A stretch of DNA of 64,000 nucleotides, taken from assembly GCA_964187785.1 (NCBI GenBank), contig OZ076409.1, positions 41,292,001-41,356,000 of the forward strand, in the 5' to 3' direction. Origin of the DNA: Amphiscolops sp. MND2022 (taxonomy: Eukaryota). Shown in pieces: positions 37,420 through 50,369 of this stretch (positions are counted from its first letter, which is position 1; each line of letters begins with the position of its first letter). The translations under genes were made by a program, and so were the position numbers. The notes beneath the pieces were generated by a model, which saw only the letters and a list, made by a program, of their open reading frames with translations, was not told where the DNA came from and made no database searches.

Positions 37420-37652
37420 TGTGTATCTTGGCGATGTGCCACTGTGTATCTGGGCGATTGCGCCACTCTGTCTTTTGGTGATTGTACCACAGCGTCTCTT
37501 GACGAGTGTGCCACTGTGTGTCTGGGCGATTGTGTCAGGGTGACTCTGGGAGTTTGGGCTATTGTGACTCTGGGAGTTTGGGCAATTGTGACTCTGGGAA
37601 AATGAGCTATTGTGACTCTGGGAGTTTGAGCTATTGTGTACTCTGGGAGTTG
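37420..37652 (+). repeat. Minisatellites in the Pao 5' leader (~30-bp gtgccactgtgtatctgggcgattg units; ~24-bp tgtgactctgggagtttgggctat units); second copy at 41018-41250
   Basis: Directly visible head-to-tail units without unique spacers. Confidence 0.9.
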
Positions 37653-40411
37653 GGCTTTAGCGGCACTCTGAAGGCATTTGTGCAACAATTCTAGTTTTGA
37701 GGAGATTTGTATACTTTGGAACGTATCTCTGATCGAAGCAAAGATTTGGTATAAACGTCATCAAATAAATCTACAAAGTATACAAAAGGGTTGAAATCAG
37801 AGGGACAAGATCCACCGAAACAATCAAGCTTGTCCAAAAATCAAATATATTTGACAGTGTTGAGTTGATTTTTCAAGAATTGGCCATTGATTACCGGATT
37901 GAGCAGTTGACACTTTGTATCTGAGAAATTGCAGAATTGGGGAAAAGTGACTAAGTCTACAAGAATTAATTGTGAAGTTCGAAAGCTCTCAGTGAAACAA
38001 AGAGTCACCTGATCAAATGAACGGCAGAAAGAAAGAAGGGCACGCATCCTCGAATGACAAATGTGTTTGATGAAAGAAACACAACGCAGAGCCAAGAACT
38101 GATGGAACTCAAAGCAAAAGGTTTGGAAATGCGTCAGATTGGTACTTGTGGAACCTCTATTGGAAACGTGTACCCATACATGTGAAGAAACTCCATACGT
38201 TGGTTAAAGACTTGGATGACAAGCTTGATGAGAAAGAAGATGTTGTGTCCAAAAGCAACCTGATTGATCGGATAGTTGATTATCGCAACAGAACACAAGC
38301 GTTGCTGTTTTGTGTCAACTTCATGTTGAGCCTTACGAAAGAAGAAACGCAAATACAGCTCAGTTGAAGTGTGACTGAATGGGAAGAATGCTCTGCAAAA
38401 CTGGAATCGAGTTGGGTATATTGGATCCCTGATGTGAGGCAAAGTTAAAGTGTCCAATTGACGGGACAAAAGCGTTGAAACTAAGCCAGATGACAAATGG
38501 TACGTCTACAGACGCAGCTATGAGATGCCCTCGCACAAGAAAGTTGATGCAAAGATGTGTCGATCAGACAAAACAAAATTGTATAAAGAACACGGCTAGT
38601 GAAAAGGAATAAAGACCAATGACCAAAACATTGCTGAGTCATGGGAGACAGCATTTCTGAAGTGGAAAACTCAGTCAACAATGTGACATCAATGCTCGAA
38701 AAAAAGGGTAATGTGTCTGACAAAAAAGTCCAGATACACAACAGAATAACTGTTAACTCGAAGGAGTCTAATGAAGAGCGATTGGTTCTTCTGGCGAAAA
38801 AGAAAGCGGATGATCAGAAATCGAATGACTTCGGAGACCAAAGAAGCGAGCCTGGATCATTACAAATAAAGAAACAGGGCAAGCATTCACAACTGGTTGA
38901 AACCAAAAGCAACAGAACCTGTGATTTCAAAAACTTCGAGTGCTAGACCAATTATTTACTTGAAAGTAAAAGCTCTGAAAGAGCAAGAAGAACTGCAAAG
39001 CCGACTGGAGGAGCTGAAGCGCGCAGCAACACAAAAAGAATAGCTGACTTGCATGCAGATCTTTTCCGCAAAGTTAGAACAGCTGAAATTGAAAGAAAAT
39101 TAGCGGAAGCATCAAGCAGTCAGGGGACTAGCTTTCGAAGTATCTCACCAGTTGACAGTTTCACGGAAGACTCAGGATGGATGGACAAGTCATAAACAGC
39201 CGAGAATGAGGCTAAGTCCATTATTGCACTATCAAAACATTCGACGCCAAAGAATTCAATGAAAAGTTTTCCTTGCCTAGGAGAGACTCGAAACTTCCAA
39301 CAAAAACCGTTGGGCAAGGTGATCGGAAAGACAGAACAAATGCTGATAACGGAGCATGCAGACAAGGAACAACATCTCAACCAAAAGTGAAAGTTACAAA
39401 CAAAGGATACTCGAAGCTCCTCACAGCGGAACGTATACAGAATTGGTCAGAAACAATCGTTGTAGAAATTGTCGGTAAGACTTCCATACCGAAACCCTCC
39501 TCGTGGATACCAATTGAGTTTTGGAAGAGATTAACTTGGTTATGAGTGAGCATTCGGTAGTGAAAACAGAGATGAACTTGAATTATACAATGATGGAAAC
39601 AAGGAAAGAGCATAGAAACTCAGCATTCGCATCTAGCAAGCAAACTTTGGAAGAATTGAGTGTGCAAATTGAACTGCTGCAAGAGATTGTCGAAGTTTCC
39701 ACCGCACTACAGCACGTAGAACAACCGAACCTGTTCCTATTGACACCGTTCTTTGCCGGTATTCTACTTCTTGAAGAAAGAAACAAATGTTTTGAATTGG
39801 ACAAAAGTTATGGTTTTGTGCATGAGCAACAATTTGCACTGGAAGACGATTGGAATGAAGGAGGCATGTATCAGAAGCTATTCCACGTTGCAATGAAACA
39901 TGAAACATTCGTGGATGGCAATGCAATACCAAAAGTGAATTACAAACCATGAATGAACAATTTGGAAAGGAGACTGATTTCGAATTCAAGGCAAGACTTG
40001 ATGAAGAAATTATTCCGAGTGATTTTACTGTATGGAACCATAGGACTGGTATTGGAAACTCTGGAATGAACGCAGTGGCACAGGCTAACGGACTTGATGA
40101 AATTCAATTTAGCAACGGCCGCCGCAAGCAACAGAGGAAAACACTTGGAAGAGTGAAACTAATTGGAAACTGGTACATAGAATGGAGGAAAACGCTCAGT
40201 TGAACGAGAATGCAACACAAGCTGACATATTTCGGCTAAGTGAGTTCACAGGCGAATCATCAGTGACCAGAACGCAAATGTGTTCTTCGAAAGTACCAAC
40301 AACAACACGTTGGAGCGACGGGCCTTGCAATCGGCCGGCCAGCTGCATCAATCAAGACCATGTGGACTCAGTAAGAGTCTTTTGGTAAATTGGAAGTTTC
40401 TGATGATAATT

Positions 40412-40802
40412 CGATACATATGCCGCAAAAGTGGAAATTATCATCAAGTGTACAATGTTTTTTCCGTAAAACGAGAGCGAACCGTATTCTAGTCAAACAG
40501 TGCATTGTGTTCATCGCGGATTGTGATGCGCAGTGTAATCAGAGTTTCGGTACACACCGTGAGTAAAATTAACACCAAACGATGCTTTTATTCGTGTGTG
40601 AAGTGGAAACCAGTCTAAGTTTGTAATTGCAGAGAGTGTAAAGTCGTCATTTACTGTATTTGGATCACTACGCGTAACGCCAAATCACACAGTGTAACGA
40701 GCAAAACACGTAACGCGTATTTAGAATAATAACGCATTTTCATTGACTGTTATTCGAACTAGCAAGATTTTGCTAGTTCGTTGCGGCATATGTATCGTAA
40801 TG
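40412..40802. mobile_element. Duplicated copy of the CATTA MITE, left TIR truncated by 5 bp
   Basis: Begins cgatacatatgccgcaa at the duplication junction. The right TIR is intact. Confidence 0.85.
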
Positions 40803-42068
40803 GGATTTGTTCAGGAACGGTTCACAGTACTAAGTAACGGATCAGCGCGGCGTAAAGCTTGTCAAGCCTCAGCGCAGGATAAGGGCAACCGGCCGTTACT
40901 TTTGGTCCACCGACACGGACTGGAAGAAGACGAGGACGAAGACGACTCGTTCGTGGACAACTGAAGAAGATTGCCCTAGTAAAGTAAGTGTCTATCTCAC
41001 AGAGGAGCTTGTGCTACTGTGTATCTTGGCGATGTGCCACTGTGTATCTGGGCGATTGCGCCACTCTGTCTTTTGGTGATTGTACCACAGCGTCTCTTGA
41101 CGAGTGTGCCACTGTGTGTCTGGGCGATTGTGTCAGGGTGACTCTGGGAGTTTGGGCTATTGTGACTCTGGGAGTTTGGGCAATTGTGACTCTGGGAAAA
41201 TGAGCTATTGTGACTCTGGGAGTTTGAGCTATTGTGTACTCTGGGAGTTGGGCTTTAGCGGCACTCTGAAGGCATTTGTGCAACAATTCTAGTTTTGAGG
41301 AGATTTGTATACTTTGGAACGTATCTCTGATCGAAGCAAAGATTTGGTATAAACGTCATCAAATAAATCTACAAAGTATAGAAAAGGGTTGAACGCAGAG
41401 GGACAAGATCCACCGAAACAATCAAGCTTGTCCAAAAATCAAATATATTTGACAGTGTTGAGTTGATTTTTCAAGAATTGGCCATTGATTACCGGATTGA
41501 GCAGTTGACACTTTGTATCTGAGAAATTGCAGAATTGGGGAAAAGTGACTAAGTCTACAAGAATTAATTGTGAAGTTCGAAAGCCCTCAGTGAAACAAAG
41601 AGTCACCTGATCAAATGAACGGCAGAAAGAAAGAAGGGCACGCATCCTCGAATGACAAATGTGTTTGATGAAAGAAACACAACGCAGAGCCAAGAACTGA
41701 TGGAACTCAAAGCAAAAGGTTTGGAAATGCGTCAGATTGGTACTTGTGGAACCTCTATTGAAAACGTGTACCCATACATGTGAAGAAACTCCATACGTTG
41801 GTTAAAGACTTGGATGACAAGCTTGATGAGAAAGAAGACGTTGTGTCCAAAAGCAACCTGATTGATCGGATAGTTGATTATCGCAACAGAACACAAGCGT
41901 TGCTGTTTTGTGTCAACTTCATGTTGAGCCTTACGAAAGAAGAAACGCAAATACAGCTCAGTTGAAGTGTGACTGAATGGGAAGAATGCTCTGCAAAACT
42001 GGAATCGAGTTGGGTATATTGGATCCCTGATGTGAGGCAAATGTTAAAGTGTCCAATTGACGGGACAA

Positions 42069-45000
42069 AGGCGTTGAAACTAAGCCAGATGGCAAATGGT
42101 ACGTCTACAGACGCAGCTATGAGATGCCCTCGCACAAGAAAGTTGATGCAAAGATGTGTCGATCAGACAAAACAAAATTGTATAAAGAACACCGCTAGTG
42201 AAAAGGAATAAAGACCAATGACCAAAACATCGCTGAGTCATGGGAGACAGCATATCTGAAGTGGAAAACTCAGTCAACAATGTGACATCAATGCTCGAAA
42301 AAAAGGGTAATGTGTCTGACAAAAAAATCCAGATACACAACAGAATAACTGTTAACTCGAAGGAGTCTATTGAAGAGCGATTGGTTATTCTGGCAAAAAA
42401 GAAAGCGGATGATCAGAAATCGAATGACTTCGGAGACCAAAGAAGCGAGCCTGGATCATTACAAATAAAGAAACAGGGCAAGCATTCACAACTGGTTGAA
42501 ACCAAAAGCAACAGAACCTGTGATTTCAAAAACTTCGAGTGCTAGACCAATTATTTACTTGAAAGTAAAAGCTCTGAAAGAGCAAGAAGAACTGAAAAGC
42601 CGACTGGAGGAGCTGAAGCGCGCAGCAACACAAAAAGAATAGCTGACTTGCATGCAGATCTTTTCCGCAAAGCTAGAACAGCTGAAATTGAAAGAAAATT
42701 AGCGGAAGCATCAAGCAGTCAGGGGACTAGCTTTCGAAGTATCTCACCAGTTGACAGTTTCACGGAAGACTCAGGATGGATGGACAAGTCAGAAACAGCC
42801 GAGAATGGGGCTAAGTCCATTATTGCACTATCAAAACATTCGACGCCAAAGAATTCAATGAAAAGTTTTCCTTGCCTAGGAGAGACTCGAAACTTCCAAC
42901 AAAAACCGTTGGGCAAGGTGATCGGAAAGACAGAACAAAAGCTGATAACGGAGCACGCAGACAAGGAACAACATCTCAACCAAAAGTGAAAGTTACAAAC
43001 AAAGGATCCTCGAAGCTCCTCACAGCGGAATGTATACAGAATTGGTCAGAAACAATCGTTGTAGAAAGTTGTCGGTAAGACTTCCATACCGAAACCCTCC
43101 TCGTGGACACCAATTGAGTTTTGGAAGAGATTAACTTGGTTATGAGTGAGCATTCGGTAGTGAAAACAGAGATGAACTTGAATTATACAATGATGGAAAC
43201 AAAGAAAGAGCATAGAAACTCAGCATTCGCATCTAGCAAGCAAACTTTGGAAGAATTGAGTGTGCAAATTGAACTGCTGCAAGAGGTTGTCGAAGTTTCC
43301 ACCGCACTACAGCAAGTAGAACAACTGAACCTGTTCCTATTGACACCGTTCTTTGCCGGTATTCTACTTCTTGAAGAAAGAAACAAATGTATTGAATTGG
43401 ACAAAAGTTATGGTTTTGTGCATGAGCAACAATTTGCACTGGAAGACGATTGGAATGAAGGAGGCATGTATCAGAAGCTATTTCACGTTGCAATGAAACA
43501 TGAAACATTCGTGGATGGCAATGCAATACCAAAAGTGAATTACAAACCATGAATGAACAATTTGGAAAGGAGACTGATTTCGAATTCAAGGCAAGACTTG
43601 ATGAAGAAATTATTCCGAGTGATTTTACTGTATGGAACCATAGGACTGGTATTGGAAACTCTGGAATGAACGCAGTGGCACAGGCTAACGGACTTGATGA
43701 AATTCAATTGAGCAACGGCCACCGCAAGCAACAGAGGAAAACACTTGGAAGAGTGAAACTAATTGGAAACTGGTACATAGAATGGAGGAAAACGCTCAGT
43801 TGAACGAGAATGCAACACAAGCTGACATATTTCGGCTAAGTGAGTTCACAGGCATATCATCAGTGACCAGAACGCAAATGTGTTCTTCGAAAGTACCAAC
43901 AACAACACGTTGGAGCGACGGGCCTTGCAATCGGCCGGCCAGGTGCATCAATCAAGACCATGTGGACTCAGTAAAAGTCTTTTGGTAAATTGGAAGTTTC
44001 TGATGATAATTCGGAACCTGAGAGAACCCCACATGCTAAAAAATTGGGTTTTTGTGGTAAAAGATGCTCGGTGACGCTCTACAAACACAAGCAAAAGCGA
44101 CACTCCACAGCATTACGATTACTTGGAAAAAACACTGATGTAGCTACGGAAAACGACGTGTCTGTAAGCAAAGAGCAAAACGTACCACAGCGACTGAATT
44201 CAAAGCACAAATCTATACCCATCGAATGCATAGAGAACACTGAAACTAAAAAGTAGGACTTCAGTTTCTGTAAGATTGGAAATTCTCTCAGGCGTTGAAA
44301 CTAAGCCAGATGGCAAATGGTACGTCTACAGACGCAGCTATGAGATGCCATCGCACAAGAAATTTGATGCAAAGATGTGTCGATCAGACAAAACAAAATT
44401 GTATAAAGAACACGGCTAGTGAAAAGGAATCACTGACGCGGTCAATAAAGACCAATGACCAAAACACCGCTGAGTCATGGGAGACAGCATATCTGAAGTG
44501 GAAAACTCAGTCAACGATGTGACATCAATGCTCGAAAAAAGGGTAATGTGTCTGACAAAAAATCCAGATACACAACAGAATAACTGTTAGCTCGAAGGAG
44601 TCTAATGGAGAGCGATTGGTTCTTCTGGCAAAAAAGAAAGCGGATGATCAGAAATCGAATGACTTTGGAGACCAAAGAAGCGAGCCTGGATCATTACAAA
44701 TAAAGAAACAGGGCAAGCATTCACAACTGGTTGAAACCAAAAGCAACAGAACCTGTGATTTCAAAAACTTCGAGTGCTAGACCAATTATTTACTTGAAAG
44801 TAAAAGCTCTGAAAGAGCAAGAAGAACTGCAAAGCCGACTGGAGAAGCTGAAGCGCGCAGCAACACAAAGAGAAATAGCTGACTTGCATGCAGATCTTTT
44901 CCGCAAAGCTGGAACAGCTGAAATTGAAAGAAAATTAGCGGAAGCATCAAGCAGTCAGGGGACTAGCTTTCGAAGTATCCCACCAGTTGACAGTTTCACG

Positions 45001-48000
45001 GAAGACTCAGGATGGATGGACAAGTCAGAAACAGCCGAGAATGGGGCTAAGTCCATTATTGCACTATCAAAACATTCGACGCCAAAGATTTCAGTGAAAA
45101 GTTCTCCTTGCCTAGGAGAGACTCGAAACTTCCAACAGAAACCGTTGGGCAAGGTGATCGGAAAGACAGAACAAAAGCTGATAACGGAGCATGCAGACAA
45201 GGAGCAACATCTCAACCAGACGTGAACGTTACAAACAAAGGATCCTCGAAGCTCCTCACAGCGGAATGTATACAGAATTAGTCGGAAAAAAATGGTTGTA
45301 GAAAGTTGTCGGTAAGACTTCCATACCGAAACCCTCCTCGTGGATACCAATTAAGTTTTGGAAGAGATTCACTTGGTTATGAGTGAACATTCGGTAGTGA
45401 AAACAGAGATGAACTTGAATTATACAATGATGGAAACAAGGAAAGAGCATAGAAACTCAGCATTCGCATCTAGCAAGCAAACTTTGGAAGAATTGAGTGT
45501 GCAAATTGAACTGCTGCAAGAGATTGTCGAAGTTTCCACCGCACTACAGCACGTAGAACAACCGAACCTGTTCCTATTGACACCGTTCTTTGCCGGTATT
45601 CTACTTCTTGAAGAAAGAAACAAATGTTTTGAATTGGAAAAAAGTTATGGTTTTGTGCATGAGCAACAATTTGCACTGGAAGACGATTGGAATGAAGGAG
45701 GCATGTATCAGAAGCTATTCCACGTTGCAATGAAACATGAAACATTCGTGGATGGCAATGCAATACCAAAAGTGAATTACAAACCATGAATGAACAATTT
45801 GGAAAGGAGACTGATTTCGAACTCAAGGCAAGACTTGATGAAGAAATTATTCCGAGTGATTTTACTGTATGGAACCATAGGACTGGTATTGGAAACTCTG
45901 GAATGAACGCAGTGGCACAGGCTAACGGACTTGATGAAATTCAATTGAGCAACGGCCACCGCAAGCAACAGAGGAAAACACTTGGAAGAGTGAAACTAAT
46001 TGGAAACTGGTACATAGAATGGAGGAAAACGCTCAGTTGAACGAGAATGCAACACAAGCTGACATATTTCGGCTAAGTGAGTTCACAGGCAAATCATCAG
46101 TGACCAGAACGCAAATGTGTTCTTCGAAAGTACCAACAACAACACGTTGGAGCGACGGGCCTTGCAATCGGCCGGCCAGCTGCATCAATCAAGACCATGT
46201 GGACTCAGTAAGAGTCTTTTGGTAAATTGGAAGTTTCTGATGATAACTCGGAACCTGAGAGAACCCCACATGCTAAGAAGTTGGGTTTTTGTGGTAAAAG
46301 ATGCTCGGTGACGCTCTACAAACACAAGCAAAAGCGACACTCCACAGCATTACGATTACTTGGAAAAAACACTGATGTAGCTACGGAAAACGACGTGTCT
46401 GTAAGCAAAGAGCAAAACGTACCACAGCGACTGAATTCAAAGCACAAATCTATTCCCATTGAATGCATAGAGAACACTGAAACTAAAAAGAAGGACTTCA
46501 GTTTCTGTAAGATTGGAAATTCTCTCAGGCGTTGAAACTAAGCCAGATGGCAAATGGTACGTCTACAGACGCAGCTATGAGATGCCCTCGCACAAGAAAT
46601 TTGATTCAAAGATGTGTCGATCAGACAAAACAAAATTGTATAAAGAACACGGCTAGTGAAAAGGAATCACTGACGCGGTCAATAAAGACCAATGACCAAA
46701 ACACCGCTGAGTCATGGGAGACAGCATATCTGAAGTGGAAAACTCAGTCAACGATGTGACGTCAATGCTCGAAAAAAGGGTAATGGGTCTGACAAAAAAT
46801 CCAGATACACAACAGAATAACTGTTAGCTCGAAGGAGTTTAATGGAGAGCGATTGGTTTTCTGGCAAAAAAGAAAGCGGATGATCAGAAATCGAATGACT
46901 TCGGAGACCAACAAAGCGAGCCTGGATCATTACAAATAAAGAAACAGGGCAAGCATTCACAACTGGTTGAAACCAAAAGCAACAGAACCTGTGATTTCAA
47001 AAACTTCGAGTGCTAGACCAATTATTTACTTGAAAGTAAAAGCTCTGAAAGAGCAAGAAGAACTGCAAAGCCGACTGGAGAAGCTGAAGCGCGCAGCAAC
47101 ACAAAGAGAAATAGCTGACTTGCATGCAGATCTTTTCCGCAAAGCTGGAACAGCTGAAATTGAAAGAAAATTAGCGGAAGCATCAAGCAGTCAGGGGACT
47201 AGCTTTCGAAGTATCTCACCAGTTGACAGTTTCACGGAAGACTCAGGATGGATGGACAAGTCAGAAACAGCCGAGAATGGGGCTAAGTCCATTATTGCAC
47301 TATCAAAACATTCGACGCCAAAGATTTCAGTGAAAAGTTCTCCTTGCCTAGGAGAGACTCGAAACTTCCAACAGAAACCGTTGGGCAAGGTGATCGGAAA
47401 GACAGAACAAAAGCTGATAACGGAGCATGCAGACAAGGAGCAACATCTCAACCAGAAGTGAAAGTTACAAACAAAGGATCCTCGAAGCTCCTCACAGCGG
47501 AATGTATACAGAATTGGTCAGAAACAATCGTTGTAGAAAGTTGTCGGTAAGACTTCCATACCGAAACCCTCCTCGTGGATACCAATTAAGTTTTGGAAGA
47601 GATTCACTTGGTTATGAGTGAGCATTCGGTAGTGAAAACAGAGATGAACTTGAATTATACAATGATGGAAACAAGGAAAGAGCATAGAAACTCAGCATTC
47701 GCATCTAGCAAGCAAACTTTGGAAGAATTGAGTGTGCAAATTGAACTGCTGCAAGAGATTGTCGAAGTTTTCACCGCAATACAGCACGTAGAACAACCGA
47801 ACCTGTTCCTATTGACACCGTTCTTTGCCGGTATTCTACTTCTTGAAGAAAGAAACAAATGTTTTGAATTGGACAAAAGTTATGGTTTTGTGCATGAGCA
47901 ACAATTTGCACTGGAAGACGATTGGAATGAAGGAGGCATGTATCAGAAGCTATTCCACGTTGCAATGAAACATGAAACATTCGTGGATGGCAATACCAAA

Positions 48001-49456
48001 AGTTAATTACAAACCATGAATGAACAATTTGGAAAGGAGACTGATTTCGAATTCAAGGCAAGACTTGATGAAGAAATTATTCCGAGTGCCACTGATTTTG
48101 CCCAGACCAAAATAACAAGTTAACCAATCATTCCGGTGACTGTGCTCACGACAGGGACCAAAATTAAAATTAGTTAGGCAACTATTAATGAGGGCTGCTT
48201 TGAAATTGTTTTGTTAAAATAGGAAACCTGTTGACAGATCAATCAATTGTACTAATTAGAAGCTACAAGGTATTTTATTTGCACGTAAATGCGTGGATGA
48301 AACACACGTGTTCACGTGTGCAACTTGCATTGCATGCAGTTAATACGTACTATGCACGGTAGAGCTCAGTAATGATAACTAATTATTTATTGAATCATTG
48401 TTTACTTTGACTGGTTTATGATGCTGTGGTATGAATTAGAATCAAAATGAACACTGAGTTTTGAATGCACATAAACATGGTGTAAGTTAGTCAAAACTTT
48501 GACCACATTCCACTTTTCGGAAGTATAGGAGTCCCTCAATTTGCAAAAAGTGGAAGTTAGTCAACGTTTTGACTGACTTACGAAAAAGAGTATTTTTGGA
48601 CTAACTTCCGCTTTTTTCTAATTACGTGTTTTGACTAACTTACACAATTTTCCATTACGCGCGTTGATTTTGCTACACCGTTGAAGCATAGACCGTCTTG
48701 ACTGACTTACGCCGAATGACCATTTTACCATTTTACTCAGATTACGCTGCTTGACTAAAGGCAGCTTACCGGTACGTGTATCGTAATGTGATTTTACTGT
48801 ATGGAACCATAGGACTGGTATTGGAAACTCTGGAATGAACGCAGTGGCACAGGCTAACGGACTTGATGAAATTCAATTGAGCAACAGCCACCGCAAGCAA
48901 CAGAGGAAAACACTTGGAAGAGTGAAACTAATTGGAAACTGGTACATAGAATGGAGGAAAACGCTCAGTTGAACGAGAATGCAACACAAGCTGACATATT
49001 TCGGCTAAGTGAGTTCACAGGCAAATCATCAGTGACCAGAACGCAAATGTGTTCTTCGAAAGTACCAACAACAACACGTTGGAGCGACGGGCCTTGCAAT
49101 CGGCCGGCCAGCTGCATCAATCAAGACCATGTGGACTCAGTAAGAGTCTTTTGGTAAATTGGAAGTTTCTGATGATAACTCGGAACCTGAGAGAACCCCA
49201 CATGCTAAGAAGTTGGGTTTTTGTGGTAAAAGATGCTCGGTGACGCTCTACAAACACAAGCAAAAGCGACACTCCACAGCATTACGATTACTTGGAAAAA
49301 ACACTGATGTAGCTACGGAAAACGACGTGTCTGTAAGCAAAGAGCAAAATGTACCACAGCGACTGAATTCAAAGCACAAATCTATTCCCATTGAATGCAT
49401 AGAGAACACTGAAACTAAAAAAAGGACTTCAGTTTCTGTAAGGTTGGAAATTCTCT
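42069..49456 (+). repeat. Tandem array, 3 x ~2.24 kb (42069-44289, 44290-46526, 46527-49456 including a 700-bp insertion)
   Basis: Offsets of 2235-2237 bp between matching ORFs (43121/45358/47593; 44295/46532). The junction ttctctc|aggcgttg is repeated. Confidence 0.95.
48089..48788. mobile_element. 700-bp right-end piece of the CATTA element inserted in the last array unit
   Basis: Near-identical to 29337-30032 and ends ...gtgtatcgtaatg. The empty site ccgagtgattttactg is seen in the other units. 2-bp TSD TG. No left TIR. Confidence 0.85.
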
Positions 49457-50060
49457 TTATTTATTGATTATGATCATGGATGATTCAACGCCCTTTCGAG
49501 AAGGCCGAACCCAAAACAGCATTATGGAAAGACTAGTGAACGAATTCTCTTCGACATATCTCCCCGTGGTCAGTCAACTTTGATGGTGAAATCTTTAGCA
49601 GAGCAAATCTTGGCAAACTGGCTGAAGATTTTCGACTTACCTGGAAATCTACAGTTCGGAATATGAAGTAATTATGGAAGCCGAAGTAACTGATTTGAAT
49701 CATTCTTGTATCATACCGTTTTAAGGTTCGAAAGGAAAGCAAATGATTGAATTCAATGAATGTTGGACGTCGATGATGAAGTTTACGATATTTGGGGAAA
49801 CTATGACTTCGAATGGAAAACCAGTTTTTTTGGAAATGATTGAATGTCTTATGTGAATCTGTGGAAAACAACCTTTTGGTCAGCGAGCTGGATTATGGTC
49901 AAGCAGAGAAAGAACATAGCAAACAACTGGCCAACATGACTAAGAAACTGGAGCTTTCGGATAGACAATGACAATTGATGACAAACTAAAAAGACCAGTA
50001 GTGCAACTGGGCACCCTTGTACCATGAAAGTGCTTTTCGGGAGAAACACAGGGCCGGCAA

Positions 50061-50369
50061 TGATGGCGCCAGTCAATTGCAAGACAAGAAACTGAGAAAT
50101 GAACGATTGAATAGCTCTAGTCAAGTTGGGTCTTAGGACCAAGAGACTATTTGATCAACTTCTCATTCTTCACAACTTTTCGCTAGAGTTAGAGCGACTA
50201 AGTAGCTAGTCTCATAGTTGGCGAGCCGGAGCGCGTGAAGATACAGTGAGAGAAGAGAAACAAGAACACCATGATTCGTTCAGTAACGGTCCACAGTACT
50301 AAGCAACGGATTAAAGCGGCGTAGAGCTTGTCAAGCCTCAGCGCAGGATAAGGGCAAGCAGCCGTTACA
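50061..50369 (+). mobile_element. 3' LTR of the Pao element (309 bp)
   Basis: TG..CA ends. The 3' half matches 37205-37301 and 36680-36700. Confidence 0.75.

Larger units (their letters stand above)
36814..44010 (+). repeat. Tandem duplication, 2 x ~3.6 kb (36814-40411, 40412-44010)
   Basis: Matching ORFs are offset by 3598-3600 bp (37145/40743, 39521/43121, 40182/43782). Confidence 0.95.
36640..50369 (+). mobile_element. Degenerate BEL/Pao element, internally tandem-amplified
   Basis: 5' LTR end ccgttac at 37301 followed by PBS-like tttggtccaccgac. Gag and RNaseH remnants (LERRALQSAGQL). Integrase end RPVVQL, PPT-like cagggccggcaa, and a 3' LTR TG...CA at 50061-50369. Confidence 0.8.

Noticed and set aside
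37420-37652. CRISPR-like repeat array (also at 41018-41250)
   Set aside because: The units are head-to-tail with no unique spacers, there are no cas genes, and the context is eukaryotic. It is a minisatellite in an LTR element leader.
37841-49467. The many 60-165-aa ORFs in the tandem array as genes
   Set aside because: They are frameshifted fragments of Pao gag/pol or antisense frames, repeated only because the DNA is duplicated.
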